From Pontiella desulfatans (GTDB lineage: Bacteria; Verrucomicrobiota; Kiritimatiellia; Kiritimatiellales; Pontiellaceae), in contig JARFRL010000178.1 in the NCBI GenBank assembly GCA_029287275.1, positions 1 through 48,697 on the forward strand: DNA of 48,697 nucleotides, written 5' to 3'. A model generated the notes under the pieces. That model made no database searches, had not been told where the DNA came from, and saw nothing but the letters and a program-made list of their open reading frames with translations. The position numbers and the translations under genes were made by a program. Below, piece by piece: positions 19,163 through 26,833 of the stretch (positions are counted from its first letter, which is position 1; each line of letters begins with the position of its first letter).

Positions 19163-19848
19163 CCACGAAACAACGACTCGCCCTATTCGCCGCGTTGACG
19201 CTCGCGAGCGCCGCGGCCGCGGCGCCGACAGCCGGACGCCTCGGCACGGTCTTGGCCACGGAAAACGCCGACATCTACACCTACGTTCAGCTTGAATTCG
19301 ATGGAGAAAAGGTTTGGTACGCCGTCCCCTCCGTCGAACTCGCGGTTGGAGACCAGGTCGCCGCCCCCGCGGGAATGGCCATCAAAAACTTTCACAGCCA
19401 GACGCTCGACCGCGACTTCGAGGTGGTCTACTTCGCCGCGGGCTTCAACACGACGCCCGCCGCGGCGCCAAAAACGGGCGCGCTACCCGCCGGCCACCCG
19501 CCCATCGACGGATCCGCCGCGCTCTCCTACGATTTCTCGAAAATCGCGCGGCCCGAAGGAGCCAAAACCGTCGCGGAAATCCACGCGAACCCGGCGTCGC
19601 TTGCCGGAAAACAGGTCATTGCTCGCGGCGTCGCGGTGAAGGTCACCAACCACATCATGGGAAAGAACTGGATTCACCTGCGCGACGGAACCGGCGACGC
19701 GGCGTCCAACGATCTCACCGTCACCACCACGAACGCGGTGGAGCTCGGCGCGACCATCACCGCCACCGGCGTCCTCGCCACCAACCTTGATTTCGGCCAC
19801 GGCTACCAATACGCCATCCTGCTCCAAGATGCCTCAACGAAGGATTAA
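19159..19848 (+). CDS. NrfJ-like periplasmic OB-fold protein associated with multiheme cytochromes
   Basis: ATGA coupling to the cbcL-like gene; signal peptide. Motifs YTYV...WYA, F.S.TLDR.F..VYF, LPAGHPPI, IMGKNWIHLRDGTG, DFGHGYQY. Confidence 0.75.
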   Translation: MTTKQRLALFAALTLASAAAAAPTAGRLGTVLATENADIYTYVQLEFDGEKVWYAVPSVELAVGDQVAAPAGMAIKNFHSQTLDRDFEVVYFAAGFNTTPAAAPKTGALPAGHPPIDGSAALSYDFSKIARPEGAKTVAEIHANPASLAGKQVIARGVAVKVTNHIMGKNWIHLRDGTGDAASNDLTVTTTNAVELGATITATGVLATNLDFGHGYQYAILLQDASTKD

Positions 19849-19871
19849 GGAAACCACCCCCGCGCCCTAAC

Positions 19872-20675
19872 TCATGGCGCGTAGCGGATTCGGTAGAAGC
19901 GGTTTGACGCCGTCACTCCGCCCACCTCCACCGCGTTGGTGGAGAAGAGTCCCACCCCCGCGATATCGATCGCGGAGCCGACGTCGGAAAAGGGCTCCGA
20001 CAGACTGGAAGTCGACTGCAGCATATCGCGCCGTCCGCCGACCGTGTCCCAAACGATCCGAACGTCGCCGCCTTCCAGCGCGAGCGTGGAAATCAGATAG
20101 GGAGGCCCACAGTCGAAGTCGGCCAGGTCGTAGAGATTGTCCCCGTCGTTATCCAGCCCCACGAAATCACCAATCGACCAGTTTTCGTTCATATTCGCGG
20201 TAAACACATCGTTACACGGATTATCCGCCAGCGTGCCGGATGTTCCATAATAGGGCGGCTTCACGTTTTCCGCGGGAGGAGTTTCGGGGTCATGACACTC
20301 GGCCGTGTAGCAGGTCGGAATACCATTCGCGGCGTGATGAGCGCGCAATCCCGATCCAACATGGCAACCCGCGCAATTCGAAAGAAACGGGTCGTCTCCG
20401 GGAGTGTTGTGACACAGCGAGCAGTCCGTGTTCATGTAATCTTTGTTCCGATGCATTTCATGTTTACTGTCCGAGGGAAAGACCGTGCCTTTGAAGCTGG
20501 CCGGTCCATCAAAATCGCCGTGGCACGTTTTACAGCCGTCCGTATACAGTTCGTACCCAAAGCTCGCGTGGCAAACGGCCATCGCGAAGATGACCATCCA
20601 ATTAACCATACCCCTTTTAAGAACATCCGCGCTCATCGTCTGATTTCCTGTTGGTTTCGTCTTCATATTTTCCAT
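19872..20675 (-). CDS. Small secreted multiheme cytochrome c (3 CxxCH + 1 CX4CH) with a DxDxD Ca-binding loop and a C-terminal 'RFYR' domain
   Basis: CKTCH, CSLCH, CAGCH and CYTAECH; GLDNDGDNLYD; tail LQSTSSLSEPF...SNRFYRIRYAP. Start uncertain (20675, 20636 or 20609). Confidence 0.8.
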   Translation of the reverse strand: MENMKTKPTGNQTMSADVLKRGMVNWMVIFAMAVCHASFGYELYTDGCKTCHGDFDGPASFKGTVFPSDSKHEMHRNKDYMNTDCSLCHNTPGDDPFLSNCAGCHVGSGLRAHHAANGIPTCYTAECHDPETPPAENVKPPYYGTSGTLADNPCNDVFTANMNENWSIGDFVGLDNDGDNLYDLADFDCGPPYLISTLALEGGDVRIVWDTVGGRRDMLQSTSSLSEPFSDVGSAIDIAGVGLFSTNAVEVGGVTASNRFYRIRYAP

Positions 20676-21129
20676 TTAAACGACAGGCCAATCTCGACGT
20701 TCAGCAAAGCCGCGCGGGAAAACCGCCTGTTAGGCTCAAACTATGCTTTTACAGCGTGAGCGCAATGATCATTTCACTCATGTCTCAAGCGGGATTCCGT
20801 CTACGCAAGCGACACCTAACCGCTCAACCATAAGCACTTACACCCTCCACAAGACGCAAGAAGCACGCCATGACATTAAAAAACCATCGAAGGCCGGATC
20901 AGGCGGAATAAAGGACCACGACCGCTTGCGGGCCAGCCTTTTAGCGACTTTTCTAGTGCTTGAAAGATGGAAAGCCGGCGCGCGCCGCGCGGTTTTCCGC
21001 GGCCCATTGTACTTGTTCTCCCGCTTTGGTTAAGGCAAGTTTCGCTTTCACCAAGGGTTTTTTTGGAATACGTCGAGGGGCGCCATTTTTTCCCTCGTTC
21101 AAACGCATCGCCCCTGCTTCAGGATACGT

Positions 21130-22518
21130 ATGGACGAAAACCTTGATCAATTTCTGCGCGACCACTTCAGCGCCCGGCCGGACTACTCCTCGTTCGACGA
21201 AGCGTTTCTGAGCGAATTCCTTAAAAAGGGGCCGCTTCACCGTTTCATTCCAACCGAGCTCGGCGGCCGCTTTGAAAGCTCGCTCGACTGCATGGCCCTG
21301 CTGGACATGGTCTCCTACCACTGCCTCCCGCTGGGATTGGCGCTGGGCATCACGGGCTCCCTGTTTCTGCGCCCCATGGCCCGGCTCGCGCCCGCGGAGC
21401 TGAAAGCCGCGGTCCTGCCGCGCTTCCTCGACAGCGCGGAGCTCGGCGGCATGATGATCACCGAGCCCACCGGCGGAACCGACATCTTCGGCCTGCGCAG
21501 CACCCTCGAAACCGGAGGCGGGCGCGCCACGCTCAACGGCGTCAAATGCTGGGGCGGCCTCACCGGCCGCGCCGAGCACTGGCTGGTCGCCGCCCGCGTC
21601 AAAAAGGGCGACAAGCTCACGCGCCGAGTCGCGATGGTCTACGTGCCGCTGGCCACCGAAGGCGTCGCCGTGGAGAACTACTTCGACGCGCTGGGACTTC
21701 AACCCATTTCGTACGGCTCCACCCGCTACGCCAACGTCGACCTGCCGGAATCCTATGTCATCACCCCGCCGGGCGGCAGCGCGCTGCGGGACATCCTCGA
21801 CACGCTCTTCCGCAGTCGGATGGGCGTCGCCGCGATCGCGGCCGGCCAATGCCGCCGGCTCGCGGACGAGGTCGCCGAGCGCGCCCGCGTTCGCGTCGCG
21901 TTCGGACAAACGATCGATGGATACGACCAGGTTCAATACCGGCTGTCCGGCCTGCGCGGCTATCAGCAAATCAATCAGAGCTTGTGGAATTTCACCGGCG
22001 TCTGGTCGGACCTGCATGAAGATGTTTCCGGCGACCATCTGCTGGCCAACGCCTCCAAAACCATCTCCTCGAACGGGCTGTCCGCCGCGGCGGATTCCGC
22101 GGTTCAGGTGTTCGCTTCGGCCGCCTACAAGCGCGACCACGTGGTCGGCCGCGCCTTCACCGACGCGCGGCCCTTCCAGATTTTCGAGGGCGTCAACGAC
22201 GTGCTTCAAGAAAACACCTACGACGTTCTCGCGAGCCGCCACGGCGGCGTTGACATCGAGGCGGTGGAAAAGGAGCTGGCGCGGTACGGCCTCGGGCTGT
22301 CCGAAAACATTCCCGCCGCGGCCCGCGAAGCGTTGGCGCTCGACGCCGAGTTGAGCCAGCGCCAGAAAGTGCGATACGGGGAATTGATTTCCTGGATGTT
22401 GGCGCTGTCCACGCTCGAGAATCAATCGGCCGCGGAGCGCGGCCCGATCGAGGACGGCCAACGCTTGGCCCAGCGGCATCTCGCGGCGCTCGCCGCGGAA
22501 CTGCCCTACCTCGGATAA
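21130..22518 (+). CDS. Acyl-CoA dehydrogenase family flavoprotein
   Basis: IPTELGG, MITEPTGGTD, LNGVKCWGG, R.AFGQ.I..Y.QVQ, DARPFQIFEGVN. Confidence 0.85.
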   Translation: MDENLDQFLRDHFSARPDYSSFDEAFLSEFLKKGPLHRFIPTELGGRFESSLDCMALLDMVSYHCLPLGLALGITGSLFLRPMARLAPAELKAAVLPRFLDSAELGGMMITEPTGGTDIFGLRSTLETGGGRATLNGVKCWGGLTGRAEHWLVAARVKKGDKLTRRVAMVYVPLATEGVAVENYFDALGLQPISYGSTRYANVDLPESYVITPPGGSALRDILDTLFRSRMGVAAIAAGQCRRLADEVAERARVRVAFGQTIDGYDQVQYRLSGLRGYQQINQSLWNFTGVWSDLHEDVSGDHLLANASKTISSNGLSAAADSAVQVFASAAYKRDHVVGRAFTDARPFQIFEGVNDVLQENTYDVLASRHGGVDIEAVEKELARYGLGLSENIPAAAREALALDAELSQRQKVRYGELISWMLALSTLENQSAAERGPIEDGQRLAQRHLAALAAELPYLG

Positions 22519-22763
22519 TCAAGCCGACCCTTTAGAGCAACGACTGAGATGCCGTTGTAATACCAGTTTCTAAAAACTTCTCAGACTAAATTTAATGGAA
22601 ACCACAAAATACTCAGGGATCGCAAAATAGGGCAATTGCTGTTCTTTTGTGATCTATGTGAATTTTGTGGTTTAGCACCATTAACGCCTAAATGTTTTTG
22701 AGAGGGGGTTGAAAACCTTCCAGCCCCGCCACTAGAGCCCGGGCAGCGCGTTAGTGAACGATG

Positions 22764-24521
22764 CTAGCGGCCGCTTCTCCAAACCTTGACGGGAATCAGG
22801 CCGGCGAAAATCACCACGAGCTGCGAGGCCACGAACACCAGCAACCAGAAGGTGGCGGACGAGGTGAAGCCGTAGGAGTGCAGGCCGACGCTCAGCTGAT
22901 TGACGCCGAACCACGACCACGCCGTGACGATGTTGCCGGTGACGGCCATGACCGCGAAGCCGCGGCTTCCGACCATCTTGCCGTACTTGGCGTGCAGCAT
23001 GATCGCGTTCCAGATCACGATCAAAAGCGCGCCGTTTTCCTTCGGATCCCACCCCCAGAAGCGGCCCCAGGAGTCGTCGGCCCAAAGACCGCCGAGAACG
23101 GTGCCGACGAAGCTGAGCAACAGCGCGAAGCAGGCGGTGCCGTACATCATGCGAAACATGTTGTCGCGGGTCGCCTCGTCCACCCGACGGGTCAACAGCC
23201 CCGCGAGAATGTAAAAGACGCCGATCGTGCCGGCCACGAAGGTGGCCATGTAGCCGAGCGTCACGGTGATCACGTGGGTCGCCAGCCAGAAACGGGTGTC
23301 GAGCACGGCGCGCATCTGCTCCATCGTGTCGCCGTCACCCGCGAGGAAATGGGCGACCAGCAGCGTGGTGAAGCCCGCGATGCCGCCGACGAGATTGCCC
23401 ATGCCTTCGGCCTTGCGGTAGACCAGCTCCAGAACAATGCCGGCGAGCACGGCCGCCCAGCCGATGAAGATGGCGGAGGAATACAGATTGGTGACGGGCG
23501 GATAGCCGGATAGAAACACGCGGGCGATGATCGCGAAGGTGTGCGGAATGAACGCGCAGATCATCAGCGCGAGGCCCGCGCTGATCGGGCCGCGTTTACG
23601 CGCCAACCAGCCGAAGCAGCTGAGCACGAACACGAGCAGGTAAAGCTGGGCCGATTTCATGAACGCGCCGAGGCGGTTGTAGAAGGTTTCAAACGGCATT
23701 TTTTCAAGCACCGCGGGGTTTTCGCGTTGGAGCGACGCGTTGTATTCGTTGAGCGTGTCGTTGAACCGCGCGACGTCCCCGTCGCGATAGGCGCTCAACA
23801 TGACGCCGAACTTCACGGCCATCGCGTCGGGCGGGCCAACGTTGCCCATGCTTTTCATGGCCGGGTGGTTGGCCAGCAACGCGCTCATCAGCGGTCGCCA
23901 TTTGGAATTCCCCGCGTTGGGGGGAACCGCCAGCGGGATGGAATATTTCCCTAGGCTCATGTAGCGCTGGGCGGTGGACATCAACTGCTCCGACGGGATC
24001 GCGGTCGGATCCTCGAAGGACGACATGACGTTCTGGTAGAGATAGAACTTGTTGGCCACTTTGATGACCTGCTTGTCGTACAGATCGCGCTGTTTTTCAT
24101 TCTTGGCGTAAGCGGAGCGCGACGCGGCGTCGAGGTTTCCAATGCGCGGCAGAATCTCGCGGAAGGAATAGCGGAAGCGCTTGCGCTCCTCGAGGCCGAG
24201 GCTGGAGAGCACGTCCATGTTCTCGACGCGGAAGACCTGGTAGTCCAACGCCTCGGGCCGTCCGGAAATGTTGTCGAGGAACCACTGGGTCGCGGAAACC
24301 CGCTCGCCTTCGTGATAGACCGACTGCTTGTCCGATAGAATCGTGAGGAAGTTGCGCGCCAGCGTGTCGATCGGCTTTTCGCGTCCTTCGTATTTAACCG
24401 GCAGCTGCCCGAAGGCGGTGACCTGGAAATCGGTTTCGCTTTCCTTCGGCGGCCGAACGCCGCTCTGGAAAAACCAGACCGCGAACAACACGACCACCCC
24501 GTTGATGATGATTTTTTTCAT
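22764..24521 (-). CDS. ccsA: Cytochrome c biogenesis System II protein CcsA/ResC with a large N-terminal periplasmic domain
   Basis: WWD motif WADDSWGRFWGWDPKE, WLATHV, PPVTNLYSS, GLHSYG. Start overlaps the resB stop codon. Confidence 0.93.
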   Translation of the reverse strand: MKKIIINGVVVLFAVWFFQSGVRPPKESETDFQVTAFGQLPVKYEGREKPIDTLARNFLTILSDKQSVYHEGERVSATQWFLDNISGRPEALDYQVFRVENMDVLSSLGLEERKRFRYSFREILPRIGNLDAASRSAYAKNEKQRDLYDKQVIKVANKFYLYQNVMSSFEDPTAIPSEQLMSTAQRYMSLGKYSIPLAVPPNAGNSKWRPLMSALLANHPAMKSMGNVGPPDAMAVKFGVMLSAYRDGDVARFNDTLNEYNASLQRENPAVLEKMPFETFYNRLGAFMKSAQLYLLVFVLSCFGWLARKRGPISAGLALMICAFIPHTFAIIARVFLSGYPPVTNLYSSAIFIGWAAVLAGIVLELVYRKAEGMGNLVGGIAGFTTLLVAHFLAGDGDTMEQMRAVLDTRFWLATHVITVTLGYMATFVAGTIGVFYILAGLLTRRVDEATRDNMFRMMYGTACFALLLSFVGTVLGGLWADDSWGRFWGWDPKENGALLIVIWNAIMLHAKYGKMVGSRGFAVMAVTGNIVTAWSWFGVNQLSVGLHSYGFTSSATFWLLVFVASQLVVIFAGLIPVKVWRSGR

Positions 24522-25942
24522 CAGGCGTCGCTCCTTTGATACCGCCGAAGCGACTGAATGAACTGCGCGGCCATGCCCACGAAAACGATCATGCACGCGA
24601 GGTACGGGATCATCCAACTGTCGTTGCGAACCACCTGAAGCACCGTGCCGCTGTCATCGGGCAGATAGCCGGACTGATAGAAGGTGCGCCGCGCGTAGCG
24701 CAGTGGATTGTTCATCCAGATGCGCAGTTCGCGGTTCACGTCGTCGCCCTCGTTCACGAGCAGGATCTGGCTGGCGAAGTCCTTGGGCATCTGCGTGCCT
24801 TCGTATTTCTCATGCACGAAATCGAGCAGCTGAATCGAAAAGGGACTGCCGCTCGGCGAGGTTAGATATTCCCTGCGGAAGCGGAGATAGACCTCGTATT
24901 GTTTGCCGCCCAAATTGATCCGCGTGGGCATGTCCCACGAACGGTTCACGAAGTTGGGGTACATCCATAGGCTGAGGAGGTAACGACCGCGCGATTCACC
25001 GGTTGAACGATCAACCAGCTCGACGTCGACCGCGGGCGCGTTCATGGCGCCGGTCGCGCCACTCACTTCGGGCAGTTCGGCCATGTAGAGCCGCGCTCCG
25101 TAGCCCTCGTACGCGGGATAGCCGCGGCGGGCGCTTTCGGGCACGGAGTCCAGTGGCCGCGGCCGGTTGGAATTCACGAAATAGCGATTCACTTTCACGT
25201 CGAACGGAAGTTGGTCCGCGGAGATGACGGCGCCTTCCTTGAGGCTGCGCTGGGGCAACACCGTTACCGTGTCGCGGTCGGGATTCGAGACCTCGGTGAA
25301 CGCGATTTCCAGTTGCTGGGAGTGGTCGATGTAGTTGACCGTCTCGCCTTCCTTAATGGTCATGCGGGCCTCGACCGCGTACATGGCCGTCATGAACTCG
25401 CCCACCATCAGAAACAGAATGCCCCCGTGCAACAACACCATGCCGGCGCGTTTGCGATAGAGCAGCACGCAGGCGATGTAGAAAACGACCGCCGCGAGGG
25501 TGCCGCGCCCCAAACGGAGGAAAACCCGCCAAAACGCGTCGCTGTCCGTGGCCGCGACCGAAGCCGTTCCCCAGCCGAACATGACGCCCATGGTGACGAG
25601 CACGCCGAGCAGAAGCACCAAGATGCCGGCGATGCGCCGCGCCCCGTTGACCTGAATTTTAAAACTCGCCCAATGCACCGTGATCAGATTGACCACCAGC
25701 AGCCAGCCAATCAAAAAACCGCCCGGGAAGGGAATCCGGATGTTCGGCACGTCCCAACCGCGGGGGAAGAAAACGGGGAGATCGATCCATGCGATCAGGC
25801 AGCGGAAATATTGATCCACCACCGTCCAGATGCCTTTGTCGACCTGCGCGAGGGTGCCCGCGAAAACCAGCACCATGCTCAACGCGAGCAACGTGATCGT
25901 CAGTTTCAGCGAGAGGAAAAAATTAGTGATTTTTTTCAGCAT
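24521..25942 (-). CDS. resB: Cytochrome c biogenesis System II protein ResB/CcsB
   Basis: FLSLKLTITLL...GTLAQ, G..LLHGG, PFSIQLLDF...YEGT..PKDFAS, IWMNNPLRY...FYQSG, C-terminal TM helix. Confidence 0.88.
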   Translation of the reverse strand: MLKKITNFFLSLKLTITLLALSMVLVFAGTLAQVDKGIWTVVDQYFRCLIAWIDLPVFFPRGWDVPNIRIPFPGGFLIGWLLVVNLITVHWASFKIQVNGARRIAGILVLLLGVLVTMGVMFGWGTASVAATDSDAFWRVFLRLGRGTLAAVVFYIACVLLYRKRAGMVLLHGGILFLMVGEFMTAMYAVEARMTIKEGETVNYIDHSQQLEIAFTEVSNPDRDTVTVLPQRSLKEGAVISADQLPFDVKVNRYFVNSNRPRPLDSVPESARRGYPAYEGYGARLYMAELPEVSGATGAMNAPAVDVELVDRSTGESRGRYLLSLWMYPNFVNRSWDMPTRINLGGKQYEVYLRFRREYLTSPSGSPFSIQLLDFVHEKYEGTQMPKDFASQILLVNEGDDVNRELRIWMNNPLRYARRTFYQSGYLPDDSGTVLQVVRNDSWMIPYLACMIVFVGMAAQFIQSLRRYQRSDA

Positions 25943-26038
25943 GATTCCTTTTCCCGGGAAAGCAACTAGACCTCGTCGACGCGGCAACGTTCAATATTCA
26001 CGGCTATTTCACCGATAATCGGTCATTAGCCGGGTCGA

Positions 26039-26638
26039 TCAGTGGTTGTGGCCTTCAAACGTGATGGATTCGAGGAACTTCCGGATATCGGCGGCGTTGG
26101 CCTTGAGTTCATCCACGGAACCCTTGCCGGTGAAATACCAATAGCTCGGAGAAAGGTCGATAATCGCCGCGATGATGCCCTTGCCGCCATCCGGGTTGTA
26201 GACCTCGATATAATTCACTTCGTGCCCGCCGGCGCTGAAGGTTTGAAGCTCCGCGGCGATCGCTTCCGGCGTCTCGGCGTCCAAGCCCACCTGACCGCGC
26301 CAGCGGTTGACGTTGCTCGGAACATCGCCCATCGAAAGGGAGATGAGGTAGAAATCAATCGCGGTTCCATCGATGGAATAGCTGACCTTGCGCATGCCGG
26401 AGCCGGGCTTCTCGGTCCAGCCGTCCGGCAAGTCCGCGGTGAACCCCGTGCTCGGAAGCTGGGCCGTCATGGAGGCGTGCGCGGCCATCACCGCCTGATT
26501 ATCCGCGTCGGAGCCCATCGTTTGGGCCGGCGCCGCGGGCGTGGATTGTTTGGGCACCTGATAGCTTACGGGCTCTTCCTTGCCGCAAGAGGTCAGTAAA
26601 ATCACACCGCCGATAAGAGGGAGAATACTATGCTTCAT
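26039..26638 (-). CDS. Lipoprotein of unknown function encoded upstream of resB-ccsA
   Basis: Lipobox LTS-C; motifs LPDGW....GSGMRK and NVNRWRGQVGL. Co-oriented with resB-ccsA. Confidence 0.75.
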   Translation of the reverse strand: MKHSILPLIGGVILLTSCGKEEPVSYQVPKQSTPAAPAQTMGSDADNQAVMAAHASMTAQLPSTGFTADLPDGWTEKPGSGMRKVSYSIDGTAIDFYLISLSMGDVPSNVNRWRGQVGLDAETPEAIAAELQTFSAGGHEVNYIEVYNPDGGKGIIAAIIDLSPSYWYFTGKGSVDELKANAADIRKFLESITFEGHNH

Positions 26639-26712
26639 GCCTTGAATCCTTTACGTAAGAGTTGCCCGAAAATAGAATCCGCGGGCTCGGATGTCGATTA
26701 ATATTATCATGT

Positions 26713-26757
26713 TTGACGCCTATCAACCTTGCCAAAACTCCGTTCATGACCTAAATT
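26713..26757 (+). promoter_or_regulatory. FNR/Crp-type box with an adjacent sigma70-like promoter
   Basis: TTGAC-GCCT-ATCAA (26713-26726) has 1 mismatch to TTGAT-N4-ATCAA. It is followed by TTGCCA-N17-TAAATT (26729-26757) and lies between the divergent ccs and sirC-hemA genes. Confidence 0.5.
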
Positions 26758-26833
26758 CCATCGCTTTTCAGGAAGTTGAAAATCCGATCTAGCCAAGCAA
26801 CCGCGGCTTTGGTCTACTGAATTTCAGAGCATC

